Below, piece after piece: positions 41,413-55,216 of a DNA stretch of 64,000 nt. Position 1 is the first letter of the stretch, and every line of letters starts with the position of its first letter. A model generated the notes under the pieces. It saw only the letters and a program-made list of their open reading frames with translations, made no database searches and had not been told where the DNA came from. This stretch comes from Savitreella phatthalungensis (lineage: Eukaryota): the NCBI GenBank assembly GCA_051599415.1, contig AP039714.1:1-64000 (forward strand). Direction: 5' to 3'. A program made the translations under genes and the position numbers.

Positions 41413-44067
41413 TTAGAAAGCTAGAAAACCGCGTGCCGCAGCGTCTGGTGACTGTTGCTGATGCTGTTGCTGCCGCTCGAGGCCAATAGCCGAAGCAAAG
41501 CCATTGGTGGCCCAAGGAGTTATGTCCGGAGACGCAGGTCCGTCTTCGAGGTATCTGACAAGATACGATCCGAGTGTAGACTTGATCTGGAAGATCCCAC
41601 CCCTGCCCGATGACTGTGACATGGCTGTCAGAAGCTCCTGATCATCGACGATGTGCTGAGGTGCAAGCTCGCGATAGCGATCGTGCATTTGCGCGAATGT
41701 GACAAACGGAGGATCTGTGCCGCTGAAGACACCGCCGCTGAGCGCGCGGTACGCCTGTCGGCAGATCTGTCTGCACTCGGTAGCGTCTGGAACGTATCTC
41801 TGCCATCCGCCCCACGATGTGCCAGGGGCAGCACTGAATGAGGACGATGAAGTACGGCCGGGGACGATAATCTCGTCATCGTCGTTGAGTACGCGTGAGC
41901 CGAGGATGTCGTCGATCCCAGTGTCGTTCAGCAGGCCGGGAGTGGCCGATCGCGTTGATGGCGCCGCCCAAGGGCCGGACGCGGTATCGAAAGGACCTGC
42001 TGCTGCTGTCACGGATGGACGACCGATAGGAGCCGGCCTGACGCTAGCGAACGGCTGCGCAAAGCGAGGGGCTGAGAAGGCGAATGGGTCGACGGATGTG
42101 ACTGGCGGCGTTGGCGCCATTCCCGGCGGCGGCGGCATTGTCACTGATGCCGACATCTGCGAAGGCGCCTGCGATGGCAGCTGCGAGGTTTGAGACGCGA
42201 AGCCGTGCATGACGGGCGTGATGTTGCGTGGCGGCTGAGTCGCATGCTGTAATTGTGGAGTCTGCGAATACGGTGGGGGAAGTTGAGACGGCGGCGGTTG
42301 CTGGACAGAATGCGCTGGTGGCGCCTGGACCTGGCTCTGCTGAGGTTGTTGAGGTTGCTGAGGCGGTTTCGCGGATTGCGCAGGTTGCGCAGGTTGCGCG
42401 TTGGCTTGGCCAGTATGCGCCTGCTGTCCTGGAGGTGCCAACTTTGCAGGAGTCACGGCGCGAGGCACCGCGGGAGCTGCAGCAGGCGCCGTTCTCGCCT
42501 TTGCATCATGCGAGGCGAGCTTCGATTCTGCCTTCTTGAGCTTGGCTTCTCGTGCAGCTACCTCTTTTGCGAGCGTCTCGCGCCGCACGGACTCGAGCTT
42601 GGCCTTTCGCTCACGGGCGGCAGCCTCCTGCTTCGCTTTCTCCTCCTGCAAACGTTTCTTCTTCTCTTCGTCGCGCTTGAGTCGTTCAGCTTCAGCTGCT
42701 TTGCGCTCATTCTCCTTCTTCAAACGAGCCTCCTCTTTGCGCTTGCGAGCTTCTTCCGCCTTTTGCTCGGCTTCGAGGCGCTTACGTTCCTCCTCCGCCT
42801 TCAATTCTGACTCCTTTCGTGCTTTCTCTTCCTCCTTCTTGAGCTGCTGTGCTTTCTTCTTCTCCTTCTTCTTCGCAGCGTCTTTGAGCTTCTTCGCTTC
42901 GCGCTCCCGTTCACGATTGTCCTCGGCCTCGAGCTCTTCAAGCAATTTGGCTTGACGCTCCTGTGCGACTTTCTCGCGATAAGCTGTTAATACGCGCTGC
43001 TCAAACATCCGTGCTGCAAATATCTGGAACATTCGCCTGCCTTCGGCCATGCGCTGCTCCTCGGTCAGAGCATCCTGCTCCTCATCTTCGTCTTCGTAGT
43101 CCTCAGAATCAAGTTCATCGTCTTCGTACTCGTCTTCGTCGTCCTCGTCGTCGAACTCGCGAGCTTCGAGCATGGCTTCCTCTTCGCGCTGCATACGCCG
43201 TTCTGCCAGCTGTTCCATCATCTCGATGAATTTCTTCCCATCATTTTTGAGCAGATCATCGGCCACCGTCAGGATGCCACCTTTGACTGTCAAAGAGTTG
43301 CCGAATCTGAAGAATTCCGCAGGTGCGCGATCGTCCTCGTAGAAGCCATCTTCGGTGCCATCGATATCGCTGAAGGCATCGTCAGAAACGTAGTCATCCT
43401 CGTCGTCTACTTCACCATCATCCTCGTCGTCGTAAGAATCAAGCTCGTCGTCAGAATGCAGGATTTCGGTGATGCGACCTGGGGGCGGAGGCCGTGATGG
43501 TGGTGGCCCTCCGCCTGCTCCTGGCACGCCTCGAGGCAGTGGTGGTCGTATAGGCGGTGGAGGCAGAGCATTCGGTTCGCTGGCTGGGAAACGTTGCTGA
43601 CGATTGGCGTACTGCTCGAGCTCCTCGTAGTAAGCGTCATACAGGACCTCGAGCTCTTCCTCGATAGCGGTACGCTTCCGACCGCAGACCGAGCAAGAGC
43701 AGCTGTGCTTCTGCTGTTCCTTCATCTTCTTCAGAACAGCCTCCTTCTCAACGCGGACAAGCGACTTGCGCTCTGCCTCGCCCAGATTGAGCCAAAAGTC
43801 TTTAATGCGTTCGCGCTCTTCAGAAGAAGTTGTATTCCATATTCCGTCGTCTGCAGGCGGCTTCTGGACGGGCGCGTTCGACAGCGGCTGCTTGCGCTGC
43901 TTGGAGGAACCCTGAGCGGGCGGTGCAAAGTCGTCGAGATGTGCGCGGATCGCATCCTGGTAATGGTCGTTTGCGTCATGCGAGTAGTCGAGCTTGTCTG
44001 CATTTGCAGGTCCTGTGTGGCCACCTGCTGTTTTGGCAGACCTCTTCTTTTTGCCCTTGACAGCCAT
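41413..44067 (-). CDS. NST1: Stress response protein Nst1
   Basis: IWNT..EERERIK.FW..L...[57 protein letters not shown] and [18 protein letters not shown]. Start uncertain. Confidence 0.93.
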   Translation of the reverse strand: MAVKGKKKRSAKTAGGHTGPANADKLDYSHDANDHYQDAIRAHLDDFAPPAQGSSKQRKQPLSNAPVQKPPADDGIWNTTSSEERERIKDFWLNLGEAERKSLVRVEKEAVLKKMKEQQKHSCSCSVCGRKRTAIEEELEVLYDAYYEELEQYANRQQRFPASEPNALPPPPIRPPLPRGVPGAGGGPPPSRPPPPGRITEILHSDDELDSYDDEDDGEVDDEDDYVSDDAFSDIDGTEDGFYEDDRAPAEFFRFGNSLTVKGGILTVADDLLKNDGKKFIEMMEQLAERRMQREEEAMLEAREFDDEDDEDEYEDDELDSEDYEDEDEEQDALTEEQRMAEGRRMFQIFAARMFEQRVLTAYREKVAQERQAKLLEELEAEDNREREREAKKLKDAAKKKEKKKAQQLKKEEEKARKESELKAEEERKRLEAEQKAEEARKRKEEARLKKENERKAAEAERLKRDEEKKKRLQEEKAKQEAAARERKAKLESVRRETLAKEVAAREAKLKKAESKLASHDAKARTAPAAAPAVPRAVTPAKLAPPGQQAHTGQANAQPAQPAQSAKPPQQPQQPQQSQVQAPPAHSVQQPPPSQLPPPYSQTPQLQHATQPPRNITPVMHGFASQTSQLPSQAPSQMSASVTMPPPPGMAPTPPVTSVDPFAFSAPRFAQPFASVRPAPIGRPSVTAAAGPFDTASGPWAAPSTRSATPGLLNDTGIDDILGSRVLNDDDEIIVPGRTSSSSFSAAPGTSWGGWQRYVPDATECRQICRQAYRALSGGVFSGTDPPFVTFAQMHDRYRELAPQHIVDDQELLTAMSQSSGRGGIFQIKSTLGSYLVRYLEDGPASPDITPWATNGFASAIGLERQQQHQQQSPDAAARGFLAF

Positions 44068-44254
44068 GAGGGGCTTACTAGGGGAGGGCGCTGCAGCAGG
44101 TCTACGAATGGATCCCAACAAAAGCTAGTCCACTTGTTGCTGCTGCTGCTGCTACTTGCTGCCGCTGCCGCCGATGCTCCTGTTGATGTTGGTTGCGATG
44201 GCTGGTGTGGATTACCAGTGTTGTGTGCTCCGCTGCCCTTTCGATGAGATTTCT

Positions 44255-44360
44255 GCGTGCGTGCGTGCGTGCGTGTGTGCGTGCTTGCTTGTGTGCTTGT
44301 GTGTGCTTTGTGTGCTTGAGTGAATGAGTGACTGAGTGAATGAGTGAGTGCATGAGTATG
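44255..44360. repeat. Compound microsatellite (GCGT/GTGT/GAGT)n
   Basis: Tetranucleotide runs upstream of NST1. Confidence 0.7.
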
Positions 44361-46185
44361 TATGTGCGCGCGTCTTTGATTTCCTTCAGACTATGTATAC
44401 TATATATGTATACAGTATAGCGCAGTAAGTTAGTGACTGAGTTATAGTGGTTGAGTGAATATATGCTACCATCGATATCTAATGTACGTACGTATGAATG
44501 GATTTCTGCACACAATTATTATCCATCTCATATGAGCGATATACAATTTCAGTCAAGTCGAATTTATACACCGAATGTATTTCTCTCCACCCGTGCAATC
44601 AATCCTCCTGACCTACCACTTCTGATTCGAATGGTAAAATCTCTTTCTCATCTTATACCACCACAAAGACCTTTTTCAATCGATCTACCGTGCATTCAGT
44701 CATTCAGCTCTGACGATTAAATCCAAAATATGTTCTTTCAATCCATCTCGCGGAACAGAAGTAAGGATTTCAATTAAATCCATCATCATTCAATTTTGAA
44801 ACGACAGCTCTAAGGGTTTTCCGATCTGGCTGATAGGAGATTTCACGTGCAGCTGCCGACCGTGTGGCGCAGGAGACGATCGATCGTGCATCCGAGCATC
44901 ATGTGCATCAGTGCATCCATCATGCATACATATGAGTGCATCGATCGAAAAGTATAGCAGTGAGGAACAAGATGCCATGATGCCCGTTGAGAACTCGTAT
45001 TTGTGATCGAATGATGTGTACTTCTAAGTGATAGACGCATCGATCCTCCACAACTTCCTTCTGACTATCAACCTCAAGATTCCAGATTGACAGCCGAATG
45101 GACTTGACCCTTGAAATCGAGATTGTCAGTCTGGTAGGCGCAAGCTTGCCACCGGCATTGATTCGCCTCGTGACAATTTTAGAAACACTCTGCATTTGCC
45201 AGCAGTATTGATTGTCTGATTCCACGTGAGCTTGAGTTGGCGATTTGCTACCTTCTCTGGTCATGCGCATCGAAGCTGAGTCAAACTTGCTACATTGCAA
45301 CGAGTTGTCTGTTCAGTCTTTCACAACGTCTTGAGTACTCTACAATTCGATCTTTTCACGATTGTCATTGTCTTTGGTTTCTTTGACATCTTCAACTCGA
45401 TTGTGATTGAGCATAACAGTATCTATCGCTCTCGACCGGTGGATTCAGTCCGAATCTTTGGCTCCACTGCAGCTTCCTTAACTGCCTAGATCGTCATTGC
45501 CGATGAAACTCAGGAAATCCTTGTGATCTGGAAAGTGATTGAGTCTAGAACTCCCCATATCAATTCATTTGTATACATGCATGATCTATTATGCCAATAT
45601 GTAGAGACAGTATGCATGCATACGGAAGTTCAGACTTGTAGCTAATTTTAGTACTCATCAACTCCCGCTATTCTCCTGGGAACCCAGCTTGAAAAAGATC
45701 CACAGCTTTTCAATCAAATACCCTGAATAATAAAAGTCCACCTAGATTTACCGCTCGATGAGCCTCGTGCACTGTAAAATGACATAAATCAGAGCGCGGC
45801 CGCGGAGTGAAATATCTAGCTCACATGTACTAGATTTGACCCTCTTGGCCGCTGCATAGTTGGGATACAATCAATCGATCACGAACAGTTTACTTCCAGA
45901 CCGCAAAAAGATCACCACGCGTAGCCACACCTCACGTTCCTCCCAAGACTCCCTTCTTTTAAACACGAAAAGATCCGACAGACAAGTATCAGCGGTCGTA
46001 TTGCGCACGTATCTTTTCGTCAATCAACGACGAAATCGGGTTCGTCGGGCAGAGCTGGACGACACTGCTTTCATCCGCGAATACTCAGGTCTATCACACG
46101 CGCGCAATTGCGATCGACTTTCATTGACGCGCCCGCCAGGAAATCTCCGTCCTTTAGGGTTGTTGGTCTCTGATTTCTTGGCGTC

Positions 46186-46862
46186 ATGTCTAAGGACGTC
46201 ATTCGGCGCAAACTCGTAAGTTGACCAATTTCTGGAAGATCCATGCCATCGTTCCCGGAACCCTAGAAACGGACATATCACTGACCTTGCAGGTGGTCGT
46301 GGGCGACGGCGCATGTGGCAAGACGTCGCTTTTGAGCGTCTTCACGCTCGGTCATTTTCCGAAGGAGTACACACCTACAGTCTTTGAGAACTACGTGAGT
46401 GACTGCCGGGTGGACGGCAAGTCTGTTCAGCTCGCACTCTGGGATACCGCCGGTCAGGAAGAATACGAGCGGCTGCGGCCTTTGTCCTATGCAAAGGCAC
46501 ACGTCATCCTCATCGGTTTCGCCATCGATGCACCTGACTCGCTGGAGAACGTGGCGAGCAAATGGATCATCGAGGTGAATGAGCTCTGTCCTGGTGTGCC
46601 GACCATCCTGGTTGGGATGAAGAAGGACTTGCGGTCTGACCCCGCAGCGATAGAGGAGATGCGGCTGAAGAGTATCAAGTTTGTCGACTCCGCAGCAGCA
46701 CAGACGATGGCCCACCGAATCGGCGCTAAACGGTATATGGAGTGCTCCGCCCTGACTGGCGAAGGCGTTGACGATGTTTTTGAGGCTGCCACGAGGTCTG
46801 CCCTACTCTTCCGCGATGGTGCTGACGAGCGTGCGAGCAAAGGATGCTGCTCGGTGATGTGA
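46186..46862 (+). CDS. RHO2: Rho2 GTPase (one intron)
   Basis: Exon 1 46186-46215 ([10 protein letters not shown]), intron 46216-46292, then [45 protein letters not shown] and the CAAX end CCSVM. Confidence 0.95.
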
Positions 46863-48101
46863 AACGATTATTGATGACTTTACTTTACTCTTTCTGTCCA
46901 CTCCATGCACACTCCATGGCATCGTGATGACTTCTACTGCTGCATGGACGATGTTTCGTTTTCTGGCGTATTCCAGTTCAATCAGACATCTTTAAATGCA
47001 TGACGCACATACGCATCCCCTGTCACGCTCATTCTCTCACACTTACATGTTCATGCAGGAAACTTTTGGTTCGCATTCCAGCTTGCACTCGTAGTGGCAG
47101 AAACAGGAAACTCCGCGGCAGTAAACGACAGCCCAATGACATCCCCGCACTCGTGGTCGTCTTCCATATTGAAGCTCCAAGGACTTGGAGGAAGAGTATG
47201 AGGTATGTCTTGTAGAAAGGTTGGAAATAGATTGTTATGCATAGCCCGAACGCGTGGTTGCACGAGAAGTGTATGCATGACTCAAGTGACTTTGAGAATG
47301 ACCCAATCAAAAAACACCGGCTCCAGAGTCTTCGTGGTGGCATCCAATCAGTCATCTAGATCTGACATTCCAGACAAGCAGGGAGTTGCTTAACTTGTCA
47401 TCACATCGAGTTCAGATTGGATGGTCGAGCCAAGCGAGGGTTTCATCGAATCAACTGTCTACAGCTATGTAGATACAGAATCGACGGTGTTTTGATATTG
47501 TCCTGTATGGGTCGCAAATCTTCTGCAATATACACAACAATAACCATAGCCAGCGGAAAAAAGGAAATCGTCCGAGTCTCAAGCTCTCTCAGATTTACAA
47601 AGGGAACCAGCTTCTATCGAAGAAGACAAGAGAGCTCGATCTGAACGCACGTCCTCGAAGGTATCCATGCCTACAGTGCACCGCTCCGCATTGCACGGCA
47701 CGTTCAACGAGGGGTGACGTCGCAGCAACAACACAACCATTCACCGCCATAGGCACCTACACCACAACACATCCATATACACACACGCCTACACAATCAC
47801 AGGGTCTGTTCGCCCGTCTGCACGAACGTACGCTCAAACACTCGAACGATTTCCAAAGTAATCACAATCAACCTATATCGAACCTTTCGAAATTCGCACG
47901 AGCTCTGGTACGCACGCGACCCTTTTACACGCTTACGCTACCACGCGAGATCAGCTGGCGTGCCATCGTGACACAGATTCTTCCCCTAAAAACACAGTCG
48001 CACAAGGAAGACAAAGGGCGGAGACAAAGTGCCAAGGTTGAGGTCGGTGACAAGACAGAGGTAAACCGCTCGCTCCATCATCTCTACAGAATGCCTGTGC
48101 A

Positions 48102-49991
48102 ATGACAACGGCAACCATCACCATGACGCAAACCGCGATCCCTTCGCGCACTATTGCAGCACCACGGCCAGCACCAAATCCTGGCTTCGAGCACGGTCCA
48201 GGTCCAGGTCCAGGTCTAGTACCGGGTGTAGTTCCAGGCCTGAGCGTAAGTGCTAACCTTCCACTGCGGCCAGCTGAGACGCTTGGTAATTACATTCTCG
48301 GACAGACCCTCGGAGAAGGAGAATTCGGGAAAGTCAAGTTGGGATGGCCTGCGAGACCGCGTGCACGAGGTCCATCCCAGGTCGCAATCAAGATAATTCG
48401 CCGAGAGTCGGTAGCGACGCGTGCAAAGCAGGCTAAAGTCCAGCGTGAGATCACTGTTCTTCAGCGCTGCAACCACCCCAATATTGTGCGGTGTTTCGAG
48501 GTCGTGACAGACCGGCGATGCATCGGCATCATCCTTGAATATGCCAGCGGTGGAGAACTCTTCGACTTCATCTTGACACATCGATACCTCAAAGATCCGA
48601 TGGCGTGCAGACTATTTGCCCAGCTCATCTCCGCTGTCGGCTACCTGCACAGCAAGGGCATCGTTCATCGTGATCTCAAACTGGAAAATCTCCTGCTCGA
48701 TCGCAATCGCAATATCATCGTTACGGACTTCGGCTTCGCAAATGAGTTCGACCCGCGCAGTGGAAGAGACCTTATGCAAACAAGCTGTGGTAGTCCTTGT
48801 TACGCAGCCCCAGAGCTCGTTGTCAGCGACGCTCTTTACTGCGGTCGGAAAGTTGATGTCTGGAGCTGCGGTGTCATTCTCTACGCCATGTTAGCAGGCT
48901 ATCTGCCATTTGACGACGACCCTGCGAATCCGGAAGGCGACAACATCAATTTGCTCTACCGTTATATCACGACGACACCACTCACGTTTCCAGAATACGT
49001 CACGCCACTCGCGAGAGATCTGCTTCGACGCGTCCTCGTGCCGGACCCAGCCAAGCGTGCCCTACTACGAGACGTCATCTCTCATCCCTGGCTTGCGCCC
49101 CAGGCTAAGGTTCTGCTCGGACCTGTTGATCCAACACCACAGCAGGAATCCCGGAGTGCGCCGCTGCCAAGTTCGCACGACATGCTGCGCTCGAGCTCGG
49201 AGGACAGCCCTCATCACCGTACCATGCCTGTCACGAATCATCTGAGCATGGTCAAGCCACTGCAGCCGACGACGGGTAATCTGATGGGCCCGCCGCCCGT
49301 TGCAAAGGCTTCGTTGGCTATTGCGGCGACGCCAGCCATGATCCGCAGTGCCACGATCACCGGCGCCGATGCACTCCTAGGCAGTATTCCTGCCCCAGTG
49401 CCGTCGCGCACAGCTCGATTACCTGCGCCGAGGACGAGGCCGAGGCCGACCTCGTATCACCCCGGTTTTGGCGGTGTGCTTGATGGAGAGAGTTCACGAC
49501 TGCAATCAAGCGGCGCAGCCTCTGTGTCAAGCTGGAAAACAGGATCTTCACCCAAGAGTACCAGGATGCATGCAGAGGGAGAGCTTTCGCGACCGGAAAA
49601 GACAGAAAAGGCAGCCCGGCGAATGTCGGTCCCTCTGCCGGGCAATTTCCCACAGGACAATCCTCCGACACTCCCCTTGCATCGGCCCCAGCATAATCAC
49701 CACCATCAGCACCGCCGCGGTCAGTCGAGCATTACCAGCATGCTCAGTGTCTTTGGTAAGCTCTGGACGCCGGGTAATCAGTCGGAGGAATCCACACAGC
49801 CGACACCTGTCGTCATGGAGGAAGAGGTGCCAGCATCAGGCCCAAGCGTGATACAACACAATACAGCAACACTTCCATCTCCGTCTTCCACACCAACCAA
49901 ACGCGGTCACACGCGTACAGCGTCGAGCATTGCCGCTCGTCGCGTCATTCAATTTTTCACAGGCCGTCGCAGACCCAGCGGCGGTACTTGA
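48102..49991 (+). CDS. Ser/Thr protein kinase, Kin4/Ppk1 family
   Basis: LGEGEFGKVKLG, HRDLKLENLL, DFGFAN, MQTSCGSPCYAAPELV and LAGYLPFDDDPANPEGDNINLLY; C-terminal AARRVIQFF. Confidence 0.93.
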   Translation: MTTATITMTQTAIPSRTIAAPRPAPNPGFEHGPGPGPGLVPGVVPGLSVSANLPLRPAETLGNYILGQTLGEGEFGKVKLGWPARPRARGPSQVAIKIIRRESVATRAKQAKVQREITVLQRCNHPNIVRCFEVVTDRRCIGIILEYASGGELFDFILTHRYLKDPMACRLFAQLISAVGYLHSKGIVHRDLKLENLLLDRNRNIIVTDFGFANEFDPRSGRDLMQTSCGSPCYAAPELVVSDALYCGRKVDVWSCGVILYAMLAGYLPFDDDPANPEGDNINLLYRYITTTPLTFPEYVTPLARDLLRRVLVPDPAKRALLRDVISHPWLAPQAKVLLGPVDPTPQQESRSAPLPSSHDMLRSSSEDSPHHRTMPVTNHLSMVKPLQPTTGNLMGPPPVAKASLAIAATPAMIRSATITGADALLGSIPAPVPSRTARLPAPRTRPRPTSYHPGFGGVLDGESSRLQSSGAASVSSWKTGSSPKSTRMHAEGELSRPEKTEKAARRMSVPLPGNFPQDNPPTLPLHRPQHNHHHQHRRGQSSITSMLSVFGKLWTPGNQSEESTQPTPVVMEEEVPASGPSVIQHNTATLPSPSSTPTKRGHTRTASSIAARRVIQFFTGRRRPSGGT

Positions 49992-50463
49992 ATTTCCAGC
50001 CTTTCCTAGCGACAGCACTTCCAAAGCTCTTTAGTTCTATCATCCAGTCGTTTCCTTCATTCACCCGATATCAAGCCTGTGCATTCTCGTGCCACCTCTC
50101 ACCTCCAGCGCGGAGTTCATGCATCCAGCGGAGTTCATGCATCCAGCTTAAGACTTCATGTGATCCTATTTAGCTGACCTTCAAGGTCACATGCGTTGAG
50201 CTGAGTTAACTGGAAGTGCTCTGGCTCTGCCTGCCAAGGCTTTTCTGAGCAAAATCAAGCTACAAACCTTGTATGAAAGCAGCAGAGCATACATAGCTGG
50301 CCAGAAACAGTGCCAGCCTTGAGCCAGTATTAGCACACTAGCCACACACTAGCCACCTACGTCAGTTTGGCGGACGCATGTCTCGTGCGAGACGCGCTCA
50401 ATCGCACAGCTGGCCAAAAGGTCAGGACAACGTGATCAGACTCGAGCCTGTGTACGATTCAGC

Positions 50464-51190
50464 ATGACGCTCTACTATGCGTAAGTCAAAGTCATTGTCC
50501 AATGCATGACTGCAACACTTGACAGAGCGGAATACTAATGATAGTCTCGTCTTCGCGCTCCTCGTGTTCGAGATGCTCGTCTTCTGCCTCCTAGTGCTTC
50601 CACTGCCTCAGAGCTGGCGCAGATCCCTGGTCGTCTTCATCAACACGTCACCGTTAGTCGCAAAGCTACACTACTCGATTCGCATTACGTTCATCTTCAT
50701 CCTCGTCCTCTTTATCGATTCTGTCAACCGCGTCTTCAAAGTGCAGGATTATGCACAGGAGCAACGAGAATCCGGTCTAGAGACCGTCATGCGCGAGGCT
50801 CATCGATCAGATGTTTCTGCACGCAAGTTCTATGCGCAGCGCAACATGTATCTCACGGGATTCACCCTCTTCCTCTCCCTCATCCTCAACAGGACTTTCG
50901 CCCTCTTGACCGAGATGATCCGTCTGCAGGACCTTGTCAAGAGCTCCAAGACTGCAAAGACAGACAGCGTCAAGGTCAAGGCGTACGAGGAGGAGATTTC
51001 GGAGCTCCGTGCCAAGCTTAAGCGGCGCGACGACGATTTTGACGTAAGTTTCGAGAGCTCGAGGTTGAGAGTCATCTCATTGCCCTCGCTTGTTGATCTA
51101 TATGCCAAGGATTAGACACTGACTCTGCAGGAGCTGGCAGACAAATACAAGCAGGAAACGAGCACGGCTGAGGCCAAGAAGGCAAAGTAG
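50464..51190 (+). CDS. YET3: BAP31/Yet3 ER membrane protein (3 exons)
   Basis: Exons 50464-50480, 50545-51043 and 51131-51190. MTLYYALVF..L..EM, LFIDSVNR, RKFYAQRNMYLTGF and the KKXX tail KKAK. Confidence 0.9.
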
Positions 51191-54184
51191 CAGCCGACGT
51201 GATGGAATTCACAGCAATGTGAAACTCTGTTCATCAGTCAGCGTCACGCAGATAGTCCTGATTTTTGATAATCCGACCTCTATCATGGATGTCAGGGTGC
51301 AAGCTAGACGTGTTCCACCCAGTCCATTTCGAAATCTGCCGGCAACCTGTCGGGCTACAATTTCATGCATTTTGCAATGGTGTCAGGCCATTAGAGTGTA
51401 GCGGTGTCGTGCCACAGCCCTGCATGCCAATGCATGCAGACTGCATCCTATTCAGAGTGTGGAGGCTCAGACAATTGCACAGCCATGCTGCTCGCGTGAT
51501 CGACGGCCGCCTGCCGGTCGATCCGCAGCACACTCACGCGAATGTATGATCGGAAGTTCTGCCGTTTCCGCGTCTACGGCCGCGCCGAATGGCTCGCTCG
51601 ACAGCCTAGAATCGGCGATTCACTGAGCTCGACGCATAGCTACCGAGCTCGATCGATCCAGCGATGTGCAGCTATCGGAGGATCTTCAATCACAAGATGG
51701 CAAGTGCACAACATGCCTTCCGGCTACACAGCAGCGCAGGTCGCGGTCAGCAAGACATCTCTGATCCAAGACATTACCTGGATCAGCAAGCAGATGCATC
51801 TGGAGCGCGCAGTGAACTGACGGCGCGGCTCGCCGATAAATTCCCTGTCTGGCCAAAGAGGAGACGACCCTGGCGAGTTCCGCGGCAGGGAACAATCCAA
51901 TCGTCAAAGAATATCCCATCAAGTTATGTATGCGCTTCATTTCGGATCAAATGCCGATCTGGATGTCCTCCTTCGGCAGCTTGTTCTTGGCTTGAAATAA
52001 GGCTTTAACTCATGCTGGTCTACAAATCCATCATCTGAAAATCCTACTGTCAAACTAGCCAAGGTGGATGGGCTCAGTCACCTGTCAAAAGTAATAATAA
52101 AGTAATTTTCCAGCTGTCGTACGACAATCCTCTTAAATGAAAGAGGAAAATGGTATTTCCGTCAAATTCCCTAGTCTCTAGTCTTGGGTAATGGTGAGAA
52201 CACCTGGATCGGTTAAAGAAGGTGTGGATTCCTCCGACCGGGCTCTGCTAGGGAAATTGCCATCTTAGCGGGCCTCGGGCGGATCTCCTGAACTGATATA
52301 CTTTGCCCGGGCGCAGACACGACAGGCGATCCAAGGAATGAAGATACTTGTTGCGTCAGACCACTTGGCTTGCTCGTAGGGAACAAGCCCTAAACCTCCC
52401 GAGCAATCACCCAAGACTTGCACATCACCTATCTGCCTGAGATCCACGCCTGATCACCCTTGCGAGAGCTTTGAATCTTACAGACAATTTCATTCGCCAT
52501 GCCAACAACTCTCTATGACTCACAATCTGCACTTGAAGTGATCCAGCATTGTAGTACTTCATTTAAGATGCTGCATTACAGCTTGAGTGTATCTTGAAGT
52601 TCAGCGTCAGCGTGAGATCTTGTGACTTGCATTTAGATTTGGCTGCGACCAGATTGCTGCGATCGGCCACGCGATAATACGAGCCACTAAGCTGGATAAT
52701 TCCTCGGATCCAACCTTCCGCGCCACCAATTTGGCGGAACAGACCCAAATAGTATCTGACTAGGAATAGAGTGAGCAAGCTTGCGTAGGCAGATATTTGA
52801 CTACAGTCAGAATTTGATCATTCAAAATGACTTGCCATGTGATTGATCGATCCTTAGAAATTTCTACCTGTTTAGCGCCAGATCCACACGAGGCTGAATA
52901 TCCGAAGCCCACATTTGAGGAGCAGCACAAAAAGTAAAATGTAAGTCATGTTTGACCTGGGAAAGTCGAGAGACTCCCTAGTGGTCAGAGATGATCCCGC
53001 GTCAGTCTCCCAGCCAACCGACGATCGAAAGTCAAGGATCAGCTGGCGAGAGGAGGTTCGGCAAGGTCAACCGCGCTGCAAGAGTGCTACTCCTCTTCCA
53101 TCTCTATTCGCTTTACTTGTTGTTTGGCTTCATCCTTGATTGACTGAGACCCGGTTGCGGCGGTCGAACTGTCCGACGGTCCGGAAACCCTCGCCTCGCT
53201 CGTCGGAGTGATCGTCTTGAGCTTGTAAACACAGATCAAGGTCGATCCATTGAGTCATGCGGAGTGATCTGACCAGTATAGACTAACAACGGACGATATC
53301 GGTCTAGAGGTCCAGATTCCGCTACATGGAATACTATCCTTGTGTGCGTCTCGTCTTATTTCATCGTTGTGCATCGTAATCATGGCTGGATTACAGTTCC
53401 CATGTCATCCGGTAATTGAAAGCTGACGGCCTGTCCCGGCAACAGTTGATCGTGACGCACTTTAATAAGACCCGATCCAAGTCTTTTTTTGACAAGCTAT
53501 AGCTTGTAGAGCGTGAGTGGTGTTGCAAGTCATGGGTAGCTAATCACGAAGGACGTTCTATAGAAAATGAATGATCATTGTGCTTATTATTAAATCCAAT
53601 CGACTGGTTCGCGAGCACGCTCAACTTTTGGACCCTTGCCACACAGGCTTCAGCTTTCTCGCACAAATACACCTGTCACAGCTTGGTCACAGGAAAAGAG
53701 AGACATGTTCTTCTGGTTCTAGCTTAGGCCTTTCTCATGGTGCAGCTGACTAGATCTCGGCCGCTGCTGTCGATCGAGATATCTTTGTCAGTCTCTAGAT
53801 TGGACCCGATCGCTGTGATAAATATCAGTCAGAACGTGGTCAACATTTGACCTTGTTTTACTTGTATAAAGTGGTTGACCCATGTTTCGAAGCACGGAAG
53901 CGCTCGGGCAAAATTTGAAGCTGATGCAGGTCAGGACTGGAATGGGTAATCTACTCGATACATCCCAGTGATTGGCCACGAACTCCAATCCAGAGGGGGA
54001 TTGCCCCCGTTTGCATAAAGTTGTATGGAAATATATTTGTTGGAGAGGCCGCGCACGACAGTACAATACATCGTCCAGCGACATCCTCGACTTGATCGCT
54101 CATTCTCTCTCTCTCCTACTTTCTTCGAGAACGACAGGTTCGTTCTCATTTGCGCCAGTATTGCATTAGCAAGAACCAATAGTT

Positions 54185-55216
54185 ATGCCAGCGCCAATTT
54201 CATTCGAGAGCAACCGTCGCGAGAGCTTCGCAGCGGCTCACTCATACAGCATGCTCAGCGGTTCGTTCGGCGCCTTTGCCCAGTACAGACAACACACAGC
54301 AATGGCAGACGTTGACGCACCTTCACTAGAGGTCGACTTTTGCAAGGACTTCAGCTGCTGTGGTCTCGTGCTCGACGACCTTCACGACCTGCTCCAGCAC
54401 TACGAAGAGCAGCACGTGCGTGCCGATGACGACGCCTCCAGCTTCGGCTCTTCACCAGTATCATCTTCGAGCTACAACCCTCACGCAGCCAGCGCTCGCC
54501 CTAACAGACCAGACCTCGACGCTTTGAAGCGCAAAGCCCTCGCCGACATGCACTATCACCTTGGCTTGCCAGACACAAGCGCAGTTGCAGACGAGGAGAT
54601 GCCTCTGCCGGAGATCGACTTCTCGCGCAAGCGCCCATACCGTCCAAGCATGTCGGCCGTCACACATGACTTTCTGACTCCGGTCCAGTCACCAGAGTCG
54701 TCCACGCCATCCACGCCACACCCTGCCGATTTCGAGCTTGACAACCCGATGCTGTACGGTGGCATGAACGGAGACGACTGGGTCGGTGTGTCGCCGCAAC
54801 TCAAGAAGATGCGCCCGACACCGACTTCGTCCGGCTATGCCACACCTCTCTCTTCGGCCATGTCACCACCGCAGGTGATCGAACATCCAGCATCGAGCCT
54901 CGTGGTAGTCGACAAGCCATTCAAGTGCCCCGTCCGCGGCTGTGACAAGGCGTACAAGAATCAGAATGGACTCAAGTACCACAAGATGCACGGCAACTGC
55001 GCCAATGACCCAGCCGTTGTGGCAGCCGCCGCTGGCGGCGATGGCACAGCAGCATACGGTCCACATATCGAGAGCAAGCCTTACTGCTGCAACGTGTGCA
55101 ACAAGCGCTACAAGAACTTGAACGGCCTCAAGTATCACGCAGCACACTCTCACCAAAACATCACGGTCGATTCAATCCAGAATCAGATGTTCCAGCAGGC
55201 GCAGGCTCAATGGTGA
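54185..55216 (+). CDS. SFP1: Split zinc-finger transcription factor Sfp1
   Basis: FCKDFSCCG..L.DLHDLLQHYEEQH, KPFKCPV.GCDKAYKNQNGLKYH..HG and KPY.C.VC.KRYKNLNGLKYH. Confidence 0.93.
   Translation: MPAPISFESNRRESFAAAHSYSMLSGSFGAFAQYRQHTAMADVDAPSLEVDFCKDFSCCGLVLDDLHDLLQHYEEQHVRADDDASSFGSSPVSSSSYNPHAASARPNRPDLDALKRKALADMHYHLGLPDTSAVADEEMPLPEIDFSRKRPYRPSMSAVTHDFLTPVQSPESSTPSTPHPADFELDNPMLYGGMNGDDWVGVSPQLKKMRPTPTSSGYATPLSSAMSPPQVIEHPASSLVVVDKPFKCPVRGCDKAYKNQNGLKYHKMHGNCANDPAVVAAAAGGDGTAAYGPHIESKPYCCNVCNKRYKNLNGLKYHAAHSHQNITVDSIQNQMFQQAQAQW

Noticed and set aside
50108..50147. 18-bp tandem duplication downstream of the kinase
   Set aside because: Simple slippage duplication with no sign of function.
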